Origin: an uncultured Candidatus Saccharibacteria bacterium
GTDB lineage: Bacteria > Patescibacteriota > Minisyncoccia > Phycocordibacterales > UBA5272
Reading direction: 5' to 3'
Assembly: GCA_964443675.1 (NCBI GenBank)
Contig: CAYUDN010000002.1
Location: 2,586 to 66,585, forward strand
DNA length: 64,000 nt
The notes beneath the pieces were generated by a model. That model saw only the letters and a program-made list of their open reading frames with translations, did no database searches and had not been told where the DNA came from. The stretch's first letter is position 1; each line of letters begins with the position of its first letter. Positions 55,942-64,000 of the stretch are shown one piece after another. The position numbers and the translations under genes were made by a program.

Positions 55942-56451
55942 CTATAAAAGTCCTTGTAAAACAAGACTATTTTTCTTATTTGCGCTATGGGTAAGCGCTA
56001 TTGCGATTGCATCTATTTCATCATCAAGTGTTTTTGAGACAATTTTTTGTTTAAGAATTCTTTCAACCATAAGGGCAACATCTTCTTTTGATGCGCGTCC
56101 GTTTCCTGTAATCGCTAGTTTAATTTGCGGAGGGGAATATTCATGAAGTTTTGCTTGATGAATGTGTGCAAGGTAGATACAAAGTCCACGAACTTCGGCA
56201 ACAGTAATAACAGTCTTTTGGTTTTTTGTAAAAAAAAGTGTCTCAATAGCAATATCGTGTGGTTGGTATTTTTTGAGTATAGAAGTAAGTTCTTTACCAA
56301 TATGTAGAAGACGCTCTTCAAAGGAATTGGTTCGTGTAGTGATAATACAAGTAGAATACACTAAAGTCTCTTGAGTTCCTTCTTTGTCGATAATTGCGAT
56401 ACCAAGACGGTCAAAACCAGGATCAATACCAATAATACGAAGAGGTGACAT
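55942..56451 (-). CDS. ruvC: Crossover junction endodeoxyribonuclease RuvC
   Basis: MSPLRIIGIDPGFDRLGIAII... RNase H-like fold motifs. Start at Met 56451, adjacent to the ruvB stop. Confidence 0.85.
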   Translation of the reverse strand: MSPLRIIGIDPGFDRLGIAIIDKEGTQETLVYSTCIITTRTNSFEERLLHIGKELTSILKKYQPHDIAIETLFFTKNQKTVITVAEVRGLCIYLAHIHQAKLHEYSPPQIKLAITGNGRASKEDVALMVERILKQKIVSKTLDDEIDAIAIALTHSANKKNSLVLQGLL

Positions 56452-56452
56452 G

Positions 56453-57436
56453 TTATTTTTTAAACTTTTCCATTGCTTTTGATGTAGCTTTTCTTCCTCG
56501 TGGCGTTCTTTCAATCATTCCAATTTGGAGAAGGTATGGTTCTGTAACATCCGCAATAGTTGCTTCCTCTTCTCCTGTTGCTGCAGCAAGAGTATTAAGT
56601 CCAACAGGTCCCCCATTGAACACATTTACAAGACACTCAAGAATAATTCTTTCAGAAATACCAACACCAAATTCATCAATTTCAAGCAAAGAGAGAGCTA
56701 TATCAACAACCTCCTTATCTATTTCTGCTTTATGTACTTGTGCATAATCTCGAGCACGTTTGAGATAATAGTTAGCAATACGTGGAGTGAAGCGAGAACG
56801 TTTTGCGATTTCGTGAGCCGCATCTACAGGAAGATCTGTTCCGAGAAGTTTCGCGTTATTGGTAACAATGGTAGCTATTTCTTGTTCTGTGTAGTATTGC
56901 AAACGATATACTCCACCAGAAAAACGTGATCGAAGCGGTGCAGAGAGTAACGATATGCGAGTTGTGGCGCCGATTAAAGTAAAAGGAGGAAGATCTAGTT
57001 GTATTGTTCTTGCTGTTGGACCTTTACCAATTACAATATCAAGCTTACCTGACTCCATCGCAGGGTAAAGCACCTCTTCAATCATTTTATTAAGACGATG
57101 AATTTCATCAATGAACAACACATCACCAGGAGAAAGATTGGTGAGTATTGCTGCAAGGTCTCCAACCTTCATAATCGCAGGCCCACTAGAAAGCTTTAGA
57201 TTACTTCCAAGCTCTTTTGCAATAAGATGAGCAAGAGTTGTTTTACCAAGTCCTGGTGGACCATAAAGAAGAATGTGCTCTGGTGGAGTTTTGCGCTCCT
57301 TTGCTGCAGTAAGAAGAATATGGAGGTTTTTTTTGATAACTTCCTGACCAATATAATCAACAAAAGACTCCGGTCGGAGTGCGCTATCGAGATGTCTTGT
57401 TTCTTCAAGAGAAATAGTATGAGGTGTGTCTTTCAT
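56453..57436 (-). CDS. ruvB: Holliday junction branch-migration ATPase RuvB
   Basis: Walker A LYGPPGLGKTTLA, Walker B VLFIDEIHRL, sensor and winged-helix C-terminus. Confidence 0.95.
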   Translation of the reverse strand: MKDTPHTISLEETRHLDSALRPESFVDYIGQEVIKKNLHILLTAAKERKTPPEHILLYGPPGLGKTTLAHLIAKELGSNLKLSSGPAIMKVGDLAAILTNLSPGDVLFIDEIHRLNKMIEEVLYPAMESGKLDIVIGKGPTARTIQLDLPPFTLIGATTRISLLSAPLRSRFSGGVYRLQYYTEQEIATIVTNNAKLLGTDLPVDAAHEIAKRSRFTPRIANYYLKRARDYAQVHKAEIDKEVVDIALSLLEIDEFGVGISERIILECLVNVFNGGPVGLNTLAAATGEEEATIADVTEPYLLQIGMIERTPRGRKATSKAMEKFKK

Positions 57437-57457
57437 GGAAAGGAAAATAGAGAGGTG

Positions 57458-57485
57458 TTGACAAAAGTTTATAGTATGCTATAAT
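57458..57485 (+). promoter_or_regulatory. Near-consensus sigma70 promoter TTGACA-16-TATAAT with no ORF downstream (orphan)
   Basis: TTGACA at 57458-57463, TATAAT at 57480-57485. The next ~240 nt on the + strand have no ORF; the next gene (pilB) is on the opposite strand. Confidence 0.5.
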
Positions 57486-57734
57486 CGTCTCATCGCTTGT
57501 GAAAGTGCTACTCTGTTGAAACAATAAGAACCTATATATCTCTAAACAGCCGAGGCTTTCCTCACTTTCTAATTTGAAGGACGATCTGGTTGCACTCGTT
57601 GTCTCTGTGTCTATCCTTACAAAGGAAAGATCTTCACCAAGGGGTTGCTTAGAGGTATATGGGTTTTTCTTTTTGTATAAAGCTTTATTATGTTGTTTTT
57701 ATAAAAGCACCACAAGTCTTTATTAAAAGTAACA

Positions 57735-59465
57735 CTATTCTGAGCCGTAAAGATCAACTACGTGACTAATCTCATCGAAAGAAGTCACCCCGTCTAACAT
57801 TTTTAGTATAGCATCTTCACGAAGTGATGGAATTTTTTGATTTTTTGCAGCAGTACGAACCTCTCTTTCACTAGGGTTAGATACAAGTGTCATTTCTATT
57901 TCTGGTGTCATTACTACCGCCTCAAATATTCCAATGCGGCCTTTGTATCCAGTACCACCACAGGCATCACATCCAGGTGAGTGGTAGAGGGTGTATACCG
58001 GTGAAGGTGTGTGTCCGTTCATAGAACTAGACTTACCAGATGTTTTCATATCTCCTAGTATTGTGGTGATAACACGAGATTCTTTTTCGTTGGATTCATA
58101 CACTTCTTTACACTCAGTGCAAAGTTTACGCACAAGACGTTGTGCAAGTGCAATAGAAAGAGCCCCAGCGATTACTTTTGGATTAACTCCAAGATCGATA
58201 AGTCTTGGAATGGTGCCTGCTGCGTTATTGGTGTGAAGAGTGGAGAACACTAAGTGACCAGTAAGGGCAGCGTTCACTGCGACTTTTGCGGTGTCTTCGT
58301 CACGGATTTCACCAACCATAATCACATCAGGATCTTGTCGAAGTGCTGCACGAAGTCCGGCCACAAAGGTATACCCTTTATCTTCTTCTACTTGTGTTTG
58401 GGTTAGTCCTTCAAGATGATACTCAACAGGATCTTCAATGGTAATAATTTTTACTTCAGGGTTGTAGACATGATGAAGGAATGCATAAAGAGTGGTTGTT
58501 TTACCTGATCCTGTTGGGCCTGTGGTGAGAATAATACCGTGTGGTTTACCAAGTGCATACATAACCGCTTCACGCAAGGTGTCAGGAAAGGCGATTTTAC
58601 CAAGATCGCTTACTGTGTTACGTGGATCAAGAATACGCATTACAAAACTTTCCCCGTAGTTACCAGGCACAAGAGAAACACGGATATCAACCTCCACTTC
58701 ACCAAGGTTAACACTGAACCTTCCGTCTTGAGCTTGTGAAGAATTTGAAAGTTTAAGACCAGAGAGAAGTTTGAGTCGGCTGGTAATATTTTTTTGAAGG
58801 GAAGTAGTAATAAAAGCAATATCTTCAAGTGCTCCGTTGATGCGATATCGTAAACGCACCTTATCTTCTTCTGGTTCGATATGAATGTCACTTGCCGAAA
58901 ACTTAAGCGCCCCAGCCATAATAAGCTCAATAAGTCTTGTGGTTTTGTAAAGAATCTGTGCACCAACCATTTGATCAAAAAAAGCAGTGAGTTCTTGCGT
59001 TGTTTCGAAATGTTGCATGAGTTCATGCATTTTTTCTTCAGTAAGCTCAAGCATGCCACTTTCTACTTTTGAAGCATGAGTAAGATCTTGATAGCGTGCA
59101 AGCACATGGTCTAAAGATGCATGAGAACAAAGGAAAAGAAGAAGCTTTGTTCCTTTATCTTCTATTGGTTTAAGAACAGGTTCTAGTTTTTCAAGAGAAG
59201 GGGAGACGGTTGCGATATAAAGTTTGCGACCAACAAGTTTAAAAGCAACCACACCCGCATCACGCGCTTCTTCTTCGTGAAGATACTGCATTGCGTCTGG
59301 TTCTGGTGCAATACCACGAAGATCGATGTAGGGGAGGTTATATTTATCAGAAAGAACTTTTATTAATTCCTCCTCCTCTTCTTTATGAAGAGCAAGGAGT
59401 TTCTCATTTTGTTTTTCATCATCAAAGAGTATTGTCATGTTTGTAGTATAGCTCAAAGAACACAA
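57735..59465 (-). CDS. Type II/IV secretion / type IV pilus assembly ATPase (GspE/PilB family)
   Basis: N-terminal T2SSE_N-like domain, Walker A ILTTGPTGSGKTTTL, Asp box, Walker B, His box, and the tetracysteine motif (CxxC...CxxC). Confidence 0.9.
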   Translation of the reverse strand: MCSLSYTTNMTILFDDEKQNEKLLALHKEEEEELIKVLSDKYNLPYIDLRGIAPEPDAMQYLHEEEARDAGVVAFKLVGRKLYIATVSPSLEKLEPVLKPIEDKGTKLLLFLCSHASLDHVLARYQDLTHASKVESGMLELTEEKMHELMQHFETTQELTAFFDQMVGAQILYKTTRLIELIMAGALKFSASDIHIEPEEDKVRLRYRINGALEDIAFITTSLQKNITSRLKLLSGLKLSNSSQAQDGRFSVNLGEVEVDIRVSLVPGNYGESFVMRILDPRNTVSDLGKIAFPDTLREAVMYALGKPHGIILTTGPTGSGKTTTLYAFLHHVYNPEVKIITIEDPVEYHLEGLTQTQVEEDKGYTFVAGLRAALRQDPDVIMVGEIRDEDTAKVAVNAALTGHLVFSTLHTNNAAGTIPRLIDLGVNPKVIAGALSIALAQRLVRKLCTECKEVYESNEKESRVITTILGDMKTSGKSSSMNGHTPSPVYTLYHSPGCDACGGTGYKGRIGIFEAVVMTPEIEMTLVSNPSEREVRTAAKNQKIPSLREDAILKMLDGVTSFDEISHVVDLYGSE

Positions 59466-59498
59466 TACAAAGAGTGGAAACCTGTAAAGAAAAGAGTA

Positions 59499-59526
59499 TT
59501 GACAAATCTATATTTTTTGATATAAT
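59499..59526 (+). promoter_or_regulatory. Consensus sigma70 promoter TTGACA-16-TATAAT upstream of a GC-rich secreted-protein gene
   Basis: TTGACA at 59499-59504, TATAAT at 59521-59526. Confidence 0.55.
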
Positions 59527-59581
59527 AGTAGTTAGAGCTGACACATGGGTGTTAGCAAAAACTTTACAAAGGAACATCACC

Positions 59582-60325
59582 ATGTTTGCAACCCGTTTGC
59601 TTTTCACCACTCTCCTTTCTTTGGTTTCTGTGGCGACTTTCGCTCAGAATTTCCAATCTGTGCCGAGCGGGAATGGGGGGATTTACTACTGGCAGACGTC
59701 GCCTGGACCTTCGGTTTCCCAAGTGACACTGATTCGAGAGATTCAACCACAACTCCCGTTCTTGTACCAGCGACAAATGCCTCAACTTTGGGGACAGGGT
59801 GGTATCCAACCTGGATGCCAACTGGTACGAGCGGATCTTTGGAGTCGTATTGCTAATGGTGCCAAGGAAGCATTCTTGGATTCATTGGTGGGAGGGCTTA
59901 CAGGTGCGGTCTCTGATCGCATCAACCGCACAGGTGGACACTGGACCAATATCGGTCTTCATTCTGGACTCGCGGTTGGATTCCTTCAAGGGTCCAGGGA
60001 GCAGTACACGGTGATTTGTCCTAAGGTTGACGACCAAAAACCTGTCATCGGTCAAGGTTCTTGTGTGGTTGGTGGAGAGAACATTGGTAACACCTCTGAG
60101 GAGACTTGTCTCCGTATCAGGAAGCGTTTGACCAAAAATTCCTCTCAGAAGACCTACGATGGTCCACCAAAGGTTGTGAACGATCACACTTGCGCGGTTC
60201 TCGACGAGAAACAGCGTGTCCTTGCTGACTTTCTCGACAAGAACCGCAACCCAAAAGGGATAATGGTTACTTCCGATGAGAGATGTAAAGAGGAGAGGGA
60301 AAACTTCTCCAACAGTTTTCGATAA
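59582..60325 (+). CDS. Secreted protein, GC-rich paralogue 1 (hypothetical)
   Basis: Signal peptide MFATRLLFTTLLSLVSVATFA. C-terminal CAVLDEKQRVLADFLDKNRNPKG...CKEERENF shared with the next gene. Atypical GC3-rich codon usage. Confidence 0.5.
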   Translation: MFATRLLFTTLLSLVSVATFAQNFQSVPSGNGGIYYWQTSPGPSVSQVTLIREIQPQLPFLYQRQMPQLWGQGGIQPGCQLVRADLWSRIANGAKEAFLDSLVGGLTGAVSDRINRTGGHWTNIGLHSGLAVGFLQGSREQYTVICPKVDDQKPVIGQGSCVVGGENIGNTSEETCLRIRKRLTKNSSQKTYDGPPKVVNDHTCAVLDEKQRVLADFLDKNRNPKGIMVTSDERCKEERENFSNSFR

Positions 60326-60343
60326 AACCTATCGACGACACCC

Positions 60344-60375
60344 AGACCCTGCCACAAAGCAGGGTCTTGACTTTT
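60344..60375 (+). terminator. Hairpin AGACCCTGC-CACAAA-GCAGGGTCT plus TTTTTT; overlaps the promoter of the next gene
   Basis: 9-bp stem and T-run. TTGACT...TATACT promoter-like elements immediately follow or overlap. Confidence 0.6.
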
Positions 60376-60469
60376 TTAATATTTCGTGTATACTTATATA
60401 TAAGTTTCCTAAAGTTTAATACTTAAGGAAAACGAAGTTCTCTATAACCGCTCAAAATCGGAGGAATCC

Positions 60470-61291
60470 ATGAGCATTTTCAAAACCCTGATTCTTGCTG
60501 CACTTGTTGCCGTTTCGGCAAACATCCACGCTAACGCCGTGGTTCCGCCTTTGGCAGCGGCAAGTGCTCCAACGCTTTCCGCTGCAGCAGAGGCTCGTGA
60601 CTCTGTCATGGAGGTTTGTCTCAAGATCAAAAAACTGCGCGATACCGCAAAAAGTGACAAGGTTGCGGTGGTCGACAAGGGGCCTCTTTTGCAAGAAGCA
60701 TTGGAATCCGAGCGCCGTCTTGGACTCTCTTGTTCTGGTAGCGGGAAAGCGGCAGCAAAACCACACCCTTCCTCGGACAACGCTGCGGTGCTTGCACAGC
60801 TTCGGTTGGACCTTCAGCAGGCTCGCGAAGCATTGGCTTTGAAGACGAAAACTGACGAGCAGGAGTCTCAAAAGGTCAAAGGGTTGGTTTCCGCGACCGG
60901 TGACAAACTGGTTGAGTGCGGGACCCAGTCGCGAATTGTGTATGTCGGCAACGACGGACAGATGTATGCGACCTGTAAAGGAACCGCAGACGAAATCTTT
61001 CGTGCCCCTCCTCCAGCACCGGTCCCAGCTCCGCACGTGGTCGTAGTTCAACCAGCGAACATCCACCAACTCGGTGGTGTTGCAGTGGTGTCACAAACGA
61101 CGCCTACTCCGACCATTCAACCACAACCCCTGAACTACCCTTGTAAGGTGGTTGATAAGAACAAGAAAGTTCTCGCTGATTTTCTTGACAAGAATGCCAA
61201 CCCATACGGTTTGGTGGCGAAGACAGACATTCAATGCAAGGAAGCGCGTGAACGCTTCATTCAGGAGAATCGTTACATTTTCCTGTATTAA
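60470..61291 (+). CDS. Secreted protein, GC-rich paralogue 2 (hypothetical)
   Basis: Signal peptide MSIFKTLILAALVAVSANIHA. Strong SD GGAGG. C-terminal CKVVDKNKKVLADFLDKNANPYG...CKEARERF paralogous to the preceding gene. Confidence 0.5.
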   Translation: MSIFKTLILAALVAVSANIHANAVVPPLAAASAPTLSAAAEARDSVMEVCLKIKKLRDTAKSDKVAVVDKGPLLQEALESERRLGLSCSGSGKAAAKPHPSSDNAAVLAQLRLDLQQAREALALKTKTDEQESQKVKGLVSATGDKLVECGTQSRIVYVGNDGQMYATCKGTADEIFRAPPPAPVPAPHVVVVQPANIHQLGGVAVVSQTTPTPTIQPQPLNYPCKVVDKNKKVLADFLDKNANPYGLVAKTDIQCKEARERFIQENRYIFLY

Positions 61292-61310
61292 ACCCCTTTG
61301 TTGGGGTGAA

Positions 61311-61343
61311 AAGACGCCCTTAAAAAGGCGTCTTCTTTTTTCT
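61311..61343 (+). terminator. Hairpin AAGACGCC-CTTAAAAA-GGCGTCTT plus TCTTTTTTCT
   Basis: 8-bp stem followed by a T-run. Confidence 0.65.
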
Positions 61344-61419
61344 AAAAACAGCACTTGACAAGTGGGTAGTATTTATAGTATAATATAGAGACTTTATTGT
61401 AAAAAGTAGTATTAAGAAT

Positions 61420-63990
61420 ATGAAAAAAATTATTAACAAATATTTTGTCACAGCAACCCTCTTTGTAGGAGTTTTGTTTGTTCAGGGTACTTTTCTTGTA
61501 AATGCCGAGTATGACGGCTGGGGAACCGATGTAGTCGACACCAACAACAACGGATGGGGTATTTCTACTGTTGATACATCTAACAATGGTTGGGGAATCT
61601 CTACCGTTGACACTTCTAATAACGGATGGGGTATTTCTACCGTCGACACCAACAACAATGGATGGGGTGTTTCTACTGTTGATACATCTAACAATGGTTG
61701 GGGGATCTCTACTGTTGATACTTCTAATAACGGATGGGGTATTTCTACCGTCGACACCAACAACAACGGATGGGGTGTTTCTACTGTTGATACATCTAAT
61801 AACGGTTGGGGGAATACTACAATCAACACAAGTGGATGGGGTAATACCACTATTCCTTCATATTCTTATACTCCTTCTTACTCCTACACACCTTTTGGTT
61901 TTTCTGGTACCACATACGGAAACACTGTTACTAATATTGTATGTTCAACAGGAACTCTTGTGAACGGTCAGTGTGTTAATACTGTTACAGGTAATATTGT
62001 TACCGTTACTTCTTGTCCTTCAGGAACAGTGGTGAATGGTTCAAATTGTGTGAGCACTGTTAATGGAACTATTGTTACTCGTATTAGTTGCCCTTCAGGA
62101 ACAACACTTAATGGTAACTCTTGTATTAAAACAGTGAGTGGTACTGTTGTTACACAGATTATTTGTCCTTCTGGATCTTCTCTTGTGAATGATAAGTGTA
62201 TCAGTACAGTAACTGGAACAATGGTTACGGTTACTAGTTGTCCAACAGGGACAACACTCAGTGGTACTAATTGTATTAGTAATGTGAATGGTACTGTGGT
62301 GACTCGTGTTAACTGTCCAACAGGAACCACTCTTACGAATGGTCAATGTGTTAACAATGTTAACGGAACAGTGGTTACTAATATCATCTGTCCTTCTGGA
62401 TCAACTCTTACTAACGGTCAGTGTATTAATAATGTGAACGGCACCGTAGTTACAGTAACCAATTGTCCATCAGGTACCACTCTTAGCGGCAATCAGTGTA
62501 TCAACAATATTAACGGTACCGTTGTTACTAACATCAACTGTCCAACAGGAACCACGCTTACCAACGGTCAATGTGTTAACAATGTTAACGGAACAGTGGT
62601 TACTAATATCATCTGCCCTTCTGGGTCAACTCTTACTAATGGTCAGTGTCTTAACACAATTACCGGGGCTGTGGTTACTACTACAGTATGTCCTTCTGGA
62701 TCTTCTCTTGTGAACGGTCAATGTATCACTACAATCACCCCACCAGTAACAACTGTTACTAACTGTCCTTTTAACACCGTATATCGCAACGGATCTTGTC
62801 AGCAGATTGTTAACCCTCCAGTAGTGGTTAACCAGACCTGTTGGGATGGTTCAGTAATTTCTGCTTCGGCAACCTGTGCACCTCAGTACAAAATGTGCGC
62901 CAACGGTACAAGTGTTCCTGTGCATCAACCATGTTATACCACACCAGTATCGACACCAACCTTTGTTACCCCAACAGTGATTACCTTTAACAATGTGGTA
63001 ACTAGTATTGCTACCCAAATTACTTCAACCAGTGGTCGCTGTAATGGAATCGGTCTTGTTGCAAACAACGCCCGCTCAACAGGATGGTTTGAGTATGGAG
63101 ATTCTCCTTCTCTTGGTAAAACAACCGCTTCTGCTGTTATTGGTTCTGCCCCAACTTCTCCTTTCTCAAATGTGCTCGCTAACCTTAAACCTTCAACAAG
63201 ATATTATTGTCGTGCGGTTATGCAGAATGAACATGGTCTTGTAAAAGGTGAAATTGTAAGTTTTGTTACCACAACTAAAGAGGTGAAGTACGTGCAACCT
63301 GTTGTGGTAAAACCTGTAACAACCACAACTACTAAAAAAGTAGTTACAAAAAAGAATGACATTACCTGTTCTGATGGAAGTACTGTTGTAGTAAAGAATG
63401 AAGCAACAGCAACACTTCTTGCTGAAGGTCAGAAACTTATCGCTCTTCAAATTGAAAAAGTTGACGGTAAACTTGCACAAGGTAACACTGTTCACTATAA
63501 AGTGATGTACCGAAACCTTTCAGAAGTTCGTGTGCATAATGTGGTAGTAAAAGTAACTCTTCCTCAAGAGGTGTCATTTGGTGGTGCAACCGCAGGTAAC
63601 TTCGATGAAGGAACAAGAACCCTTACTCTTAACCAAGAAGGCGTTGATCCTTACACTGACAATGCAATTCTTATCACAGGAGTAGTTACAAAAGATGCTC
63701 CCCTTGGAAAAACAATCGTTGCAAATGTATATACACAATACACCGTTCCTGGAACTCCTACCCAAGATGAGGTGAGCGCCTATGTTGTCGGTTCAATTGT
63801 TCCTGATACCACAATCAACAATCAGGATACAGGAGCAAAGAAAGTTGTTGGTGTTGCTTCTGCACATAGCTTTATGCCAAATAGTCTTATTGAATGGCTT
63901 GCGCTTATCGCTATACTCTTTATCATCTTTATTTTAGGAAGAAGTATCTATGCTTCTTATAAGGATGATGAGGGTGATAAACACCATTAG
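61420..63990 (+). CDS. Large surface protein with two tandem-repeat families and a C-terminal TM anchor
   Basis: Signal peptide. About 8 copies of the 13-aa repeat NNGWGISTVDTS(N). About 11-16 copies of a 25-aa Cys-pair repeat (CPSGTTLTNGQCVNNVNGTVVTNII). C-terminal hydrophobic anchor LIEWLALIAILFIIFILG followed by charged residues. Confidence 0.6.
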   Translation: MKKIINKYFVTATLFVGVLFVQGTFLVNAEYDGWGTDVVDTNNNGWGISTVDTSNNGWGISTVDTSNNGWGISTVDTNNNGWGVSTVDTSNNGWGISTVDTSNNGWGISTVDTNNNGWGVSTVDTSNNGWGNTTINTSGWGNTTIPSYSYTPSYSYTPFGFSGTTYGNTVTNIVCSTGTLVNGQCVNTVTGNIVTVTSCPSGTVVNGSNCVSTVNGTIVTRISCPSGTTLNGNSCIKTVSGTVVTQIICPSGSSLVNDKCISTVTGTMVTVTSCPTGTTLSGTNCISNVNGTVVTRVNCPTGTTLTNGQCVNNVNGTVVTNIICPSGSTLTNGQCINNVNGTVVTVTNCPSGTTLSGNQCINNINGTVVTNINCPTGTTLTNGQCVNNVNGTVVTNIICPSGSTLTNGQCLNTITGAVVTTTVCPSGSSLVNGQCITTITPPVTTVTNCPFNTVYRNGSCQQIVNPPVVVNQTCWDGSVISASATCAPQYKMCANGTSVPVHQPCYTTPVSTPTFVTPTVITFNNVVTSIATQITSTSGRCNGIGLVANNARSTGWFEYGDSPSLGKTTASAVIGSAPTSPFSNVLANLKPSTRYYCRAVMQNEHGLVKGEIVSFVTTTKEVKYVQPVVVKPVTTTTTKKVVTKKNDITCSDGSTVVVKNEATATLLAEGQKLIALQIEKVDGKLAQGNTVHYKVMYRNLSEVRVHNVVVKVTLPQEVSFGGATAGNFDEGTRTLTLNQEGVDPYTDNAILITGVVTKDAPLGKTIVANVYTQYTVPGTPTQDEVSAYVVGSIVPDTTINNQDTGAKKVVGVASAHSFMPNSLIEWLALIAILFIIFILGRSIYASYKDDEGDKHH
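61525..61855 (+). repeat. Tandem 39-bp coding repeats (13-aa NNGWG(I/V)STVDTS units)
   Basis: Near-identical 39-nt units visible directly in the nucleotide sequence (…aacaatggttggggaatctctaccgttgacacttct…). Confidence 0.8.
61940..62760 (+). repeat. Tandem ~75-bp coding repeats (25-aa Cys-x-SGTTL-x-NGQC units)
   Basis: Recurrent tgtcc(t/a)tc(t/a)gg...aacggtcagtgt... units. Protein repeats CPSGSTLTNGQCINNVNGTVVTV etc. Confidence 0.75.
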
Positions 63991-64000
63991 TCATCCGCGT

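Noticed and set aside
57480-57734. Candidate sRNA as SRP (4.5S) RNA
   Set aside because: Only short matches (GCTACTCTGTT; AACAGCCGAGGC). The conserved GGAA tetraloop / AGCAG internal-loop context of helix 8 is not present.
61525-61855. Short direct repeats as a CRISPR array
   Set aside because: The repeats are 39-bp in-frame coding units with no unique spacers between them, inside a long ORF with a signal peptide. No cas genes are present.

Overview
This is a 64-kb window of a low-GC bacterial genome, mostly about 33-42% GC by eye. Its compact gene set suggests a Gram-positive-type or CPR/Patescibacteria-like organism, but taxonomy cannot be confirmed from sequence alone. It contains the chromosomal replication origin (rpmH-rnpA-yidC divergent from dnaA-dnaN, with DnaA boxes between dnaA and dnaN). 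Housekeeping genes include tpiA, pgk, xth, xerD, rpsO, comM, uvrD/pcrA, rsmA, lnt, a PBP1A, tyrS, ruvBC and pilB/gspE. Seven accessory regions stand out: (i) a tandem array of five small cassettes at 1940-6100 (calpain-like remnant, HAD hydrolase, two unknowns, a Fic protein), each followed by a conserved ~30-65-nt boundary motif, terminator hairpins and a shared 5' leader, inserted between a macA/macB-like efflux operon and tpiA; (ii) a GC-elevated module of XRE regulator, unknown gene, Bergerat-fold (GHKL) ATPase and XerC/D-family recombinase; (iii) a ~13-kb Gram-positive/CPR-style type IV secretion-like cluster (VirB6-like, VirB3-like, VirB4 split by one in-frame TAA, two membrane-anchored cell-wall hydrolases sharing a 321-bp identical 5' module) studded with three copies of a GC-rich palindromic intergenic element; (iv) a protein built of seven tandem Trp-containing repeats; (v) a compositionally foreign ~1.7-kb island of two paralogous secreted proteins; (vi) an orphan consensus sigma70 promoter with ~240 nt of non-coding downstream sequence, a candidate sRNA; (vii) a large surface protein with two tandem-repeat families. 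No rRNA, tRNA or CRISPR array was found.
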